Of a stretch of 64,000 nt of DNA, positions 39,501 to 49,248 are shown one piece after another. The DNA comes from Ignavibacteriota bacterium. Lineage in GTDB: Bacteria; Bacteroidota; Ignavibacteria; UBA10030. The position numbers were made by a program, and so were the translations under genes. Position 1 is the first letter of the stretch. Each line of letters opens with the position of its first letter. The DNA lies in assembly GCA_963701295.1 (NCBI GenBank), contig OY969585.1:3008001-3072000 (forward strand). Direction: 5' to 3'. The notes under the pieces were generated by a model. The model saw only the letters and a list, made by a program, of their open reading frames with translations. It had not been told where the DNA came from and searched no databases.

Positions 39501-40951
39501 GTTGCTCCACGATCAAGTGACTCATTTCTGTAATTTGATGTAATCGCTTCCAATGGAATTCCAGCAGCTTGGAACGCCATAAGAGCGGCTTCTCGCACCA
39601 TCTCGTTTTCGTCTTCGACAAATCGAGCGATACATTCTAAAGCACGGCGTGTTGGCATAGTTACAAGCTGTTCGATCATATGCACACGAGACCAAGGATC
39701 CATGTCAACCATAACTCTTTGAAGAAATACAGCAGCACGATCACAGTCGATTCGAAAGAGTGTATCTGCAATAATTTCCCAATCTTCTTGATTCGCCTCG
39801 TACCAAGCTTCTGAGGCTATATCAAATGCCCGTTCCAATTCACTGTCATCAATCCTGTATCCACGAAAACCCTTATAGGAACGCACAAATTCACCGGCAA
39901 GTTTACCAAGCAGCATCATGATCTGTATTTTTCCACGTGTTATTCCTGCTTCGAGGCACTCGACAGCTATTTGAAAGACACGTGGTCGGACTGACATCTG
40001 CGCTACTATGACACAATCCATCTCTTCAGAAATCCCAAGAGAAAGAAGCAGTTCTTTTGTTACAACAGGATCCTTAAATTGAATAAGTCCTTTTGCGGCA
40101 CTCAGTTGAATTTGATGATTATCATTATGCAAAGCGTGCAGTAAATCATTTCGCATTTTGTCATCTAATTGATATTCTAGATTACATCGTTCGATGATTA
40201 ACATAACTTCGTGCAGCAGTATATCCCGAAGTGGATCTTTGATAGCTTCATAATTTGCTAGAAGCACTTCAAGTGTATCAGCATCTCCTACAATTCCTAA
40301 AGCGTCGAGCAACGCGAAGAGATATATTTGCTCCGCGTTGCCGACGTTGATTGCATCCCGATATTTACCCTCGAGGTATTCACGGACAGAATCGCCGCCA
40401 ATTTTTCCGAGCGCTTCAATTGCAATGATACGGGTGAATGGATAATGCTCAAACGTATTGAAAATTGGTTTAACCGCTTCTCGGCTACCGATATTGCCGA
40501 TAGCCTCAATGGCTGCAACAAGGACATTCTGATCTTGATCTCTCAAGAGCGGTAAAAGGTAATAAATAGGCTCCTTGCTCTTGATTTCGCCAAGAATATC
40601 CACTGCTAATTTGCGAATGTCCTTGTCAAGATCACTCAAATATGGAACAAGTGCGTGAACGGAAGCTCCTCGTAATTGTACGAGCAATTTTGCAGCGAGG
40701 TTTCGAGAAGTGATATTTTCATCCCCGATATGATGGACGATCGCACGAGCAGTAGCCACTCCACCGATGCTAAGAAGTGTACGTGAGACAGCATCCTCGA
40801 CTCCTCTGTTTTCATCCCCCAAGGCCGTGGAAAGAACTGCAAGGGCATTCCGGTCATCACATCCAGATAGATCTTCTGCAGCTCTGCGTCGGACATCAGG
40901 ATCCGGATCTGTCAGCAGAAGACAGATAAGGTTGTTCGTATGTTTATTCAT
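39497..40951 (-). CDS. HEAT/PBS-lyase repeat protein
   Basis: Repeated L.D.D..VR..A...LG units; its stop overlaps the cheR start. Confidence 0.9.
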   Translation of the reverse strand: MNKHTNNLICLLLTDPDPDVRRRAAEDLSGCDDRNALAVLSTALGDENRGVEDAVSRTLLSIGGVATARAIVHHIGDENITSRNLAAKLLVQLRGASVHALVPYLSDLDKDIRKLAVDILGEIKSKEPIYYLLPLLRDQDQNVLVAAIEAIGNIGSREAVKPIFNTFEHYPFTRIIAIEALGKIGGDSVREYLEGKYRDAINVGNAEQIYLFALLDALGIVGDADTLEVLLANYEAIKDPLRDILLHEVMLIIERCNLEYQLDDKMRNDLLHALHNDNHQIQLSAAKGLIQFKDPVVTKELLLSLGISEEMDCVIVAQMSVRPRVFQIAVECLEAGITRGKIQIMMLLGKLAGEFVRSYKGFRGYRIDDSELERAFDIASEAWYEANQEDWEIIADTLFRIDCDRAAVFLQRVMVDMDPWSRVHMIEQLVTMPTRRALECIARFVEDENEMVREAALMAFQAAGIPLEAITSNYRNESLDRGAT

Positions 40952-41111
40952 AGGGCTTACTTTTAAAAATTCTGGCTCAATTTATTTATCATGAGTTGCC
41001 CATAGGTACTCTTTCAGAATCTCGACTCATTTTGTCAATTCAAGCAGAAGACTCTTTTACAGCTTACTTCGCAGCACTTATTCATATTCACCTTCATCAT
41101 TACATGCCTCT

Positions 41112-42086
41112 TTAATCTGACATGCTTGGCAGTGCAATAACTTTCTGGATATCCGGATCATCAAGATTATCACGAGTTATCACGCACACATCGATGTCAA
41201 TCTTGGAGGGAACTTTCTTTCCACGAATATAATCGACAATTGTCTTAACACAAAAGTATCCCATCCGTGCTGGATCTTGGGTGACAAGTGCACTGATTTC
41301 ACCATTCTTTAATGCTTCAACTGCAGGAGCCGGTGAATCGAAACCAACAAATTTGACTTTACTGGTCAGGTTAAGCTTTCGTAAAGCAAGAAGCATACCC
41401 ATTGTTGATTGTTCATAAGAGCAGAAGATACCATCAGCTTCCTTTAGTTTATCAGCTATCTTCATACATTCATTCAAAGTTTCTTCTGTTGTACCGCTCA
41501 CATATCGATTCTTCTCGATCAAATGAATGCCTTTGTATTTTGATATAGCTTCAAGAAAACCTTCTTCACGATTCGTAATATTGGATTGGCCAACTTTGAC
41601 TCGCAGCATAACAACCTTACCTTTTCCTCCAAGGAATTTGACTAATTGCTCACCTGCAATACCCCCTGCTTTTTTGTTGTCTATACCGACGATACTGATG
41701 AAATCTTTTCCTGGTGTTCCTTTAAGCACACTATCAAAAATTAGGACAGGTATTTTTTTCTTTGCAGCTTTAGCAACTGGTCCAGCTAAAGCTTCCTTGT
41801 CCAATGGTGCGAGAGCTATCCCAGACATACTATCATTGATGCACTGCTCAACAATTGAAATCTGTTGTGCCACATCATCATCCTTTAACGGAGCTTTCCA
41901 GACAACCTCAACACCTCCTAAGGCAACCGCTCCTAATTTTACACCTGAGTGTACTGATTTCCAGAAAATGGCAGAGTTGCTTTTAGGAATAATAGCAATC
42001 CTAATTTTTTCTTGTGGAAGTACAATTGTCCATATTCCAGACATAAGGATCAAAATAAACAGGAAATCAATAATTTTCTTTTTCAT
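41112..42086 (-). CDS. Periplasmic sugar-binding protein (RbsB-like) inside the che cluster
   Basis: Signal peptide, IAIIPK....FWKSV..G, GIALAP, REEGF, VGFD and QDPARMGY. Confidence 0.9.
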   Translation of the reverse strand: MKKKIIDFLFILILMSGIWTIVLPQEKIRIAIIPKSNSAIFWKSVHSGVKLGAVALGGVEVVWKAPLKDDDVAQQISIVEQCINDSMSGIALAPLDKEALAGPVAKAAKKKIPVLIFDSVLKGTPGKDFISIVGIDNKKAGGIAGEQLVKFLGGKGKVVMLRVKVGQSNITNREEGFLEAISKYKGIHLIEKNRYVSGTTEETLNECMKIADKLKEADGIFCSYEQSTMGMLLALRKLNLTSKVKFVGFDSPAPAVEALKNGEISALVTQDPARMGYFCVKTIVDYIRGKKVPSKIDIDVCVITRDNLDDPDIQKVIALPSMSD

Positions 42087-42177
42087 AATTCTATCTCTTT
42101 CGTTTAAATACATTTTGCATTGAAAATAAATAATGCGGAATAAGTTTCCTGCTCGTTATAATTTTTATCTAATCGAT

Positions 42178-42681
42178 TTAGCTTGTTGACTCAAGTTGTT
42201 GTTTCTCTTTATCTCGAAGAAGTCGTTCGAGATCTAAAAGAATGAGTAAACGATTCTCGAGCTTTGCGACAGATATGATATACTCTGATCCGATACCGGC
42301 AATAATGGCAGGTGGTGGTTCTGTTATATTTTTGGGAATCCGTATCACCTCACGTACTGTATCCACAATAAAACCAACAACCATGCTGCCTAATTCGACG
42401 ACAATAATACGTGTATTTTTATCGCTTTCTTTTGGAGGGAATCCAAAGCGTTTTCTTAAATCAATGATAGGAATAACTTTTCCACGGAGATTAATGACAC
42501 CTTTGACAAACTCCGGTGAATTCGGCACTCTTGTAATCTCTACCATTCTATTAATTTCCTGAATGCTTTGGATATCTAATCCGAACTCTTCTTGCCCAAT
42601 CGTAAAACTCACAAGTTGAAGAAGCTCTTCCGTCTGAGCTTTCACTCCCCTCTGTGTCTTTAGATCCATTGTAGTTGTCAT
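42178..42681 (-). CDS. cheW: CheW
   Basis: Motifs QLVSF, IQEIN, ITRVPN, GVINLRGKVIPIIDLR and GFIVD. Confidence 0.96.
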   Translation of the reverse strand: MTTTMDLKTQRGVKAQTEELLQLVSFTIGQEEFGLDIQSIQEINRMVEITRVPNSPEFVKGVINLRGKVIPIIDLRKRFGFPPKESDKNTRIIVVELGSMVVGFIVDTVREVIRIPKNITEPPPAIIAGIGSEYIISVAKLENRLLILLDLERLLRDKEKQQLESTS

Positions 42682-42746
42682 CGGTGTACTCCTTCTATGA
42701 TCATATGAAACTTCAAACCTCTTCGTGACTCTCGTGTGCTACCAAT

Positions 42747-42872
42747 CTATACTTTGGTCTGCAAAGTAACCTCTGCTTCTCGCTGACAAGAGAATAGATT
42801 GTACTGCTGATCGATGAAATTCTTGATGATTTTATTCATTTTTTCTTCTTTTAACGACATTTTCTTTTCCAA
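42747..42872 (-). CDS. Possible 41-aa small ORF upstream of cheW
   Basis: AGGAG RBS before a TTG start; MEKKMSLKEEKMNKIIKNFIDQQYNLFSCQREAEVTLQTKV. Confidence 0.3.
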   Translation of the reverse strand: MEKKMSLKEEKMNKIIKNFIDQQYNLFSCQREAEVTLQTKV

Positions 42873-42944
42873 CGTAATAATCTCCTAAGAACTATTCTTA
42901 TCGTCAGATGCGTGTTTAATTTGCGCAATAGTAGCAAGCGATAC

Positions 42945-43000
42945 CATCAGTAAAAATCTGATTCTTCTATAAGGTTTAGCCTACCTCAGATGAATCCTAC
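42945..43000. promoter_or_regulatory. Repeated double-palindrome motif, copy C (upstream of cheW), with a third box
   Basis: CATCAGT-aaaaatc-TGAT-tcttcta-TAAG-gtttag-CCTAC, then TCAG-atgaat-CCTAC. Confidence 0.5.
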
Positions 43001-43316
43001 GAATAAAATCAGGTGTGATGAAAACCGCGCCTCCGATTACGATAAGTGTTAACTATTAGATATTAACATTCGTTTTGGGACTAAATTGACCATCCCAAGA
43101 TGAAGAACCGCATAATTGTACAAATTTCCAATTACGGATAAAAACGAAGAGTAAAAAAACATCGATGAGGAAAGAAAGAAGACGGTAACGCCCTGACAAA
43201 AAATCGTCAGAATTTCCGATAAGAGAGGACGAACAATCTCAACTATGCAAGCTATGCCTTAATGAATTAACGAAAGTATCATAAGAATGTCGAAATATTA
43301 TGATCTTAAGAAAGGG

Positions 43317-43949
43317 CTATGTCGTTAAACCATTTTGGAGAGCATACGTCACGATTTGTGCATTGTTCTCCATACCCATTTTCTGCAAAATATGGGTTCG
43401 ATGTGTGCTCACTGTTTTGACACTCACCGAGAGTTCTACTCCGATTGCTTTTAAGGATTTACCTTTTGCGATCATCAACATGATTTGATATTCACGATCG
43501 GAAAGATGTTCATGCGGAAGCTTCGGCGATCCTCGACTTACGCTTTGCGCGATTGATTCTGCAAGCAATTGTGAAATATATACCTTTCCCGATGCTACTC
43601 GTCGGATTGCCTGAATAAGCTGTTCAAGCGCTATGTCTTTCGAAAGATATCCGGAAGCACCAAGGTTCAATGCACGAATCCCGAACACTTCTTCCGGATT
43701 CATGCTTAATACAAGAATAGCCATGTCCGGTTTTTCAGACTTTATTCTTCTTATTGTCTCAAGCCCATCAAGCTTCGGCATTGAGAGATCAAGTACCAGA
43801 ACATCAAAGTCTGCGTTTCGAATCTTCTCCATAACCTCGAGACCATCAGACGCTTCATCTTCAACTTTAATATCTGGTACGTCTTTCAGAATTGTTTTGA
43901 GGCCTTTTCGAACTATCGGATGGTCATCCGCAATAAGAACACTAATCAT
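43317..43949 (-). CDS. NarL/FixJ-family (UvrY-like) response regulator
   Basis: ADDHPIVR, LDLSMP, GYLSK, HEHLSDREYQI and SVKTVSTHR (LuxR HTH). Confidence 0.95.
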   Translation of the reverse strand: MISVLIADDHPIVRKGLKTILKDVPDIKVEDEASDGLEVMEKIRNADFDVLVLDLSMPKLDGLETIRRIKSEKPDMAILVLSMNPEEVFGIRALNLGASGYLSKDIALEQLIQAIRRVASGKVYISQLLAESIAQSVSRGSPKLPHEHLSDREYQIMLMIAKGKSLKAIGVELSVSVKTVSTHRTHILQKMGMENNAQIVTYALQNGLTT

Positions 43950-46753
43950 GGTTTTCTCTCTCCATTATTCTCTTTGCTGAGTGGTACTTCCACCAACAGC
44001 ATTGTTCCCTTCCCAGGTTTACCATCAACAGTAAGCGTTCCGCCAACCATCCGAATCCGCTCACGTATTCCGACAAGGCCTAATGATGTATCTCCTGCCA
44101 ATTCCTTCTTCGTAATACCACGTCCATCATCCCGAATAGAGAAGACTACAGAATCCAACTTTTTCGATAATCTTACAAACACATTTTGTGCTTGTGCGTG
44201 ACGCACAACATTGGTCAATGCTTCTCGAAAAATCCGATAGAGAACTGCGCCGATCTGTCCCTTTATTTCGAATTCAGCAGGCTCGATCGTTACAATACCT
44301 TTAATACCTATTTTCTTTTCCATCTGATCGATATCCCATTGTAATGCTCCACCAAGACCAAGCGCATCGAGCTGCGGCGGCCGAATCTCTTTTGAGATTC
44401 GTTTCACTGAAGCCAATGCTTCATTTAACGATTCCATCATTTCATTGGTTTTCGCTATAACTTCAGGATCGCCTTTAGTTCCCTCTAATCTAAGCCAACT
44501 TAAGTCAAATTTCAAGATGGTCAGTAATTGACCAAGGTCATCATGAAGTTCGCGCGAAATCCGCTTACGCTCTTCCTCAAGGACATGTTCAAGATGCTCT
44601 GTAAAGTGCTGCAACTGCTTTCGTGAAGCCTCCAATTCTTGCTCCGCTTTTCGGCGTTCCGTAATATCACGGCTCACCATAACCATCCGCCGTTCACCGG
44701 ACGAAGTATCATAGACTCGTCCTGAAGATTCAAACCAGTGCCAGCCACCCATTCTATCGCGGTAACGATACATCGCACTTCCGCCCTGTTTATTGAGAAT
44801 TTCTGCAATGAGTGCTTTATCTTTACTATACACTTTTGAAAGCACATTCGTTCCAACCATATCTACTGGTCTAAAATCAAGGATAGACTTAACATTTGGA
44901 CTGACGTACAGAAATGTGCCTTCAGAACTTATTTCTGTAACAAGATCCGTTGAATTTTCGACGAGTAGACGATACCGTTCTTCGCTTTCGCGCAGTGATT
45001 CTTCAGCATGTTTACGTTCAGTAATGTCAAAAACAAATCCTTCGTAATAAAATATTTGCCCAGTTTTATCTCTAACATCATGAACCGTCATCAAAACCCA
45101 TATGGTGGAACTATCTTTCTTCTTCCATCGAGTCTCGTAACTCATTGCCACATTATGACCGGCCATATCATGTTGAAAGATAATTTGTTCCAGATCTTTT
45201 GTATCATAGTAAATCGTTTCTCCCATGTTACATCCAACAAATTCGTTCTCAGAATCATATCCCAACATTTGTGCAATACTGCTGTTGGCACTGAGCAGCT
45301 TCCCCGATCGTGTCGATTGATAAATACCAATAGGAGCCCATGTAACAATATCTCTATATTTCTTCTCACTGACTTGGAGCGCCCTCTCTGCCCGTCGCCG
45401 TTTTGTTATATCGGTGGCAACTCCAACCAAGGAAATAGTCTTTCCTTCTTTCACAACAGGAGCTTCTTGGATCTCCAACCAAACATGACTTCCTTTTCTA
45501 CTTAATAACTCAAGTTCGTAGGCTGGTTGCCGCTCTCCTGTCTGGATTGCTTTGTTTGCGTGTTCATAGCCAAGCTTATTGACTGGATTGTCAGTCATAA
45601 AATCCGCGAACCGAACTAATGGTTCATCTGGTTCGCATTCGAAAATGTCATTGGCTTGAGAACTGAGGTATGTAAACACCAGATCTGTATTACACGAATA
45701 GAACAAGTTCGTACTGTTTTCTACAATATTCCTTAATTTTTCATCGCTTTTACGTAAAGTTTCTTCAGCTTGCAGACGCTCTGTGATATCACTGACGAGA
45801 GCCTGGAGATATATTTTATTGCCGAACTCAAGACGATTTAAAGAAACTTCGGCATCGAAGAGAGTTCCATCCTTGCGGGAGAATTTCCAATAAAACCGCT
45901 GAGATATCCCCCCCAGTGCAGCGTCAATAATTTCAAGTGCCTTTTCTTTTGAGTTTCGGTTATCAGGCTGATGAGTAGGGCTAAATTCGCGTACAAAATG
46001 ATCGATAATGTCCGTCAACCTTTCACATTTGAACATTTTAAGTGCCATAGAGTTGCATTCGATGAATTTATCATCGCTGAGAATAAAGATAGCATCATTG
46101 GCACCTTCAAACAGGGCGCGATAGCGTTTTTCAGACACTCTCAATTGATCGGATTGGTTATGAATTTCTCGTTCGTCATGTTGCAGCCGAATCATGTTTC
46201 TCCTCAGATTATCAGAAAGAAACCAAGTCGTAATTGCCGTGAGACCTACCATCACTTCAAGATCGACTACGTCGCTCCAGTTTGTATATACGCTGTACAC
46301 ATTCTGAATTGTGCCAGTAATTTCCAAATATCCTATTAAGCCAATAGACAATAAAGCAGCACACGTGACAATCAAATAGTACCTGCGATTTAAAACGAGT
46401 CCTGCAGCCACAAGAATTCCAGGGATACTAAAAAGCACAATGTCATGAAGACCATTATACATCCATGCGAGATAGTCAATAATTCCAAGCATACACCACA
46501 ATAACACGGTACCCGACCAGCTCAGTTGTTTTCGATAGAGCAAAACTATTGATACGAAAACAATGCAGCACATAAAGAAGATCGGTACCACGTCGCGAAG
46601 ATAGCCGGTAAAAAGCCGGTAGATGATAAGTCCACTTAAACCCATCATAGTAGCAATTGCTATGATATTAAGTATTAATGCAATACGGTCCTGCTCCTCA
46701 TCTTGAAACCGAGGAGGTGCAGCAAGATTTTTTATGCTTTCATACAATGTCAT
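43946..46753 (-). CDS. Membrane multi-PAS sensor histidine kinase (HisKA_3)
   Basis: About six TM segments, four PAS/PAC units, EEERKRISRELHDDLGQ, EALTNVVRHA and DDGRG. Confidence 0.94.
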   Translation of the reverse strand: MTLYESIKNLAAPPRFQDEEQDRIALILNIIAIATMMGLSGLIIYRLFTGYLRDVVPIFFMCCIVFVSIVLLYRKQLSWSGTVLLWCMLGIIDYLAWMYNGLHDIVLFSIPGILVAAGLVLNRRYYLIVTCAALLSIGLIGYLEITGTIQNVYSVYTNWSDVVDLEVMVGLTAITTWFLSDNLRRNMIRLQHDEREIHNQSDQLRVSEKRYRALFEGANDAIFILSDDKFIECNSMALKMFKCERLTDIIDHFVREFSPTHQPDNRNSKEKALEIIDAALGGISQRFYWKFSRKDGTLFDAEVSLNRLEFGNKIYLQALVSDITERLQAEETLRKSDEKLRNIVENSTNLFYSCNTDLVFTYLSSQANDIFECEPDEPLVRFADFMTDNPVNKLGYEHANKAIQTGERQPAYELELLSRKGSHVWLEIQEAPVVKEGKTISLVGVATDITKRRRAERALQVSEKKYRDIVTWAPIGIYQSTRSGKLLSANSSIAQMLGYDSENEFVGCNMGETIYYDTKDLEQIIFQHDMAGHNVAMSYETRWKKKDSSTIWVLMTVHDVRDKTGQIFYYEGFVFDITERKHAEESLRESEERYRLLVENSTDLVTEISSEGTFLYVSPNVKSILDFRPVDMVGTNVLSKVYSKDKALIAEILNKQGGSAMYRYRDRMGGWHWFESSGRVYDTSSGERRMVMVSRDITERRKAEQELEASRKQLQHFTEHLEHVLEEERKRISRELHDDLGQLLTILKFDLSWLRLEGTKGDPEVIAKTNEMMESLNEALASVKRISKEIRPPQLDALGLGGALQWDIDQMEKKIGIKGIVTIEPAEFEIKGQIGAVLYRIFREALTNVVRHAQAQNVFVRLSKKLDSVVFSIRDDGRGITKKELAGDTSLGLVGIRERIRMVGGTLTVDGKPGKGTMLLVEVPLSKENNGERKP

Positions 46754-47117
46754 CTTAATCCTCGATAAAATACGTACTATCCATGATCAGAGAGAGAACG
46801 TTCATCTTGCATGGAATTTTTCTCGTTGTTCAAAGATAGTTGAAAATGGTGCTACAAAGAAGAGAGGAAATAAGGTTTTTTTGAAAATTATACTTGAACC
46901 ACATTTGCGGCTTGTCTGCAACATGATAGACATTGGGCTCAATACATTGCTTTGATATCTAAGAATACGTTTTATTTGTTGCTTATTTTGGTATATTTTA
47001 TCGATAAAGGCAAGGATTAATAACAATAATAGACTCATCAAATTCAAAGGGAAAAAACATTGAATTGTAGTATTTTAATGAGAAACATTAAATTTGATAA
47101 AGTGTATAGAGAAGGAA

Positions 47118-48404
47118 ATGACATTGACCGATACGCAAATCAATATTCTTATAGTAGAAGATAGTCCGACACAAACAAAATTACTTCGTTTTATCCTCGA
47201 AGAGAACGGATACATCGTTAATTCGGCAAACAACGGGGTCAAAGCATTGGAATGCATCCGCCAGAGGAAACCGAACTTGATCATAACCGACATTATTATG
47301 CCAGAGATGGATGGCTTTGCATTATGTAAAGCAATCAAAAGTGACCCCTATTTGAAATCCATTCCGATCATGTTGCTTACCTCTCTTTCCGATCCACAAG
47401 ACGTGATTAAAGGACTTCAGGCTGGAGCCGACAATTTCCTCACAAAACCCTACGAAGATACTTTTCTCATTTCCCGTATTCAATACATCTTTGAAAATTA
47501 TGAGTTGAGGAAAAGAAAATCTTCAAACGCAGATATAGAAATAGTATTTGAAGGCCAGAAATACTTCATTAATTCTGACCGAATACAGATTGTCGATCTT
47601 CTTCTTTCGACATACGATAACGCGGTCCAGAAAAACAATGAACTCCATAAAGCTCATGCAGATCTTTTAGAGATTCATCGTCAGCTCGAACAGAAAAATA
47701 TTCAACTCGAAATATTGAATCAGGAAAAGAACCACTTCTTAAGTATCGCCGCCCATGATCTGCGTAATCCTCTTACGACTATTTACACTGCAGCCGACCT
47801 CATTACAGAGGAACTAAAAGATAAAACCAGCTCAGAAACAAAAGAATTTCTTGAGATGATCAAGCAATCCAGCAAATTTATGCGCAGTCTCATTGAAGAA
47901 TTATTGGATGTCAGCGTGATTGACTCTGGAAAACTCTCGATTCATCTTGAACCAGTGAATTTGATGGACCTTATCCGTAATAATGCGGCCTTGAATCGTG
48001 TCATAGCCGGACGAAAGCAAATTACCGTTGAATATCATTGTGCAAACGATTTACCGATTCTCCAATTGGATCGTAAAAAAATCGAACAAGTGCTCAACAA
48101 TCTTATTTCGAATGCTATTAAATACTCATTTCCACAATCGAAAGTTGAAATTCATTCTAAGTGTGAAAGCAATAATCTTATCATCTCCGTAAGCGACGAA
48201 GGTCAAGGAATTCCTCCAGCTGAAATGGATAGACTTTTTAAACCCTTTTCAAGAACCAGCGTGAAAGCCACTTCCGGCGAATCCAGTACAGGTCTTGGGC
48301 TTGTTATTGTGCGCAAGATTATTGAAGCACATAATGGCCGTGTCTGGGCTGAAAGCCAAGTAAAGAAGGGTTCGACTTTCTATATTTCCCTCCCTATTCA
48401 GTAG
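47118..48404 (+). CDS. Hybrid REC-histidine kinase
   Basis: VEDSPTQ, TDIIMP, FLTKP, AHDLRNPL, NLISNAIKY and STGLGL; GAAGGA RBS before MTLT. Confidence 0.93.
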   Translation: MTLTDTQINILIVEDSPTQTKLLRFILEENGYIVNSANNGVKALECIRQRKPNLIITDIIMPEMDGFALCKAIKSDPYLKSIPIMLLTSLSDPQDVIKGLQAGADNFLTKPYEDTFLISRIQYIFENYELRKRKSSNADIEIVFEGQKYFINSDRIQIVDLLLSTYDNAVQKNNELHKAHADLLEIHRQLEQKNIQLEILNQEKNHFLSIAAHDLRNPLTTIYTAADLITEELKDKTSSETKEFLEMIKQSSKFMRSLIEELLDVSVIDSGKLSIHLEPVNLMDLIRNNAALNRVIAGRKQITVEYHCANDLPILQLDRKKIEQVLNNLISNAIKYSFPQSKVEIHSKCESNNLIISVSDEGQGIPPAEMDRLFKPFSRTSVKATSGESSTGLGLVIVRKIIEAHNGRVWAESQVKKGSTFYISLPIQ

Positions 48405-48651
48405 TCATCAAGCACAAAGACTTTCGAATCAAATAGATGACGAGATGTCGGAAGTCTGCTCCAGAATGCTGGATGGAGAAAAATTCACGATTCCTTATGT
48501 GTTTGATGATGACGATTTTTTGAAAAGATAGAAACATTATCGGCGAGTTCTTCACAGTAGCTTAAATTGGATACAATTAATTTCGCAAAATGAATTCTCG
48601 ACTATTTCAATGGGATTTTACTTTTCCACTTTCTGAAATATACCGTTGAAA

Positions 48652-49239
48652 TCAAAGAAATGACCTCACATCGGTTGCAACCATACCTGCTTTTTTTGCT
48701 GCCTCTAATCCTAGATCACCATCTTCGAATACCTGGCAATATGGAGGCGAAACACCGATTTGCTTCGCCGCTTCGAGAAAGATGTCAGGTGCTGGTTTCG
48801 GTTTTATATCATCATCGGCTGTAACAATGGCTTTGAAGAGTGTGCGAATACCGAGAGCCTCTAACTGAATGTCAACATTTTCCCTGGAACTTCCCGAAGC
48901 AACAGCCATTGGTAGTTTCTCCTTATAGTGCAAGACAATATCCACTATAGGTCGAATCGGCAAAAAATCTTTTCTGTGATTTCGAAAATACTCTTGCTTG
49001 GCGCATGCTATTTTCAAAGGATGGAGTTTGAGATCGAATTGCTGATTATACAGTTCAACAATATTTTCTCCCGGCATCCCTTTCTTGGAGAAAATGAAAT
49101 TATAATCCCCCATGGCTCCTGTTTCTGTAATGGCATGTTCCCATGCTTTCATGTGCAGCGGCATAGAATCGACTAGTGTACCGTCACAATCGAAAATGAG
49201 CCCTTTGATATAGCTTGGAACTTTGAGAGACTTCATCAA
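48652..49239 (-). CDS. HAD-family sugar phosphatase (YqaB/beta-PGM-like)
   Basis: Motifs FDCDGTLVDSMP, ASG, KPAPDIF and VFED. Confidence 0.9.
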   Translation of the reverse strand: MMKSLKVPSYIKGLIFDCDGTLVDSMPLHMKAWEHAITETGAMGDYNFIFSKKGMPGENIVELYNQQFDLKLHPLKIACAKQEYFRNHRKDFLPIRPIVDIVLHYKEKLPMAVASGSSRENVDIQLEALGIRTLFKAIVTADDDIKPKPAPDIFLEAAKQIGVSPPYCQVFEDGDLGLEAAKKAGMVATDVRSFL

Positions 49240-49248
49240 AGTCCTGAG

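Noticed and set aside
43183-43220. Possible fourth copy of the island motif (CTGAC...GTCAG-aattt-CCGAT)
   Set aside because: The spacing differs from copies A-C, so it is too weak to count without a motif scan.
48445-48531. 28-codon ORF MSEVCSRMLDGEKFTIPYVFDDDDFLKR
   Set aside because: It has no clear RBS and no recognisable homology, and it overlaps the predicted RNA structure.
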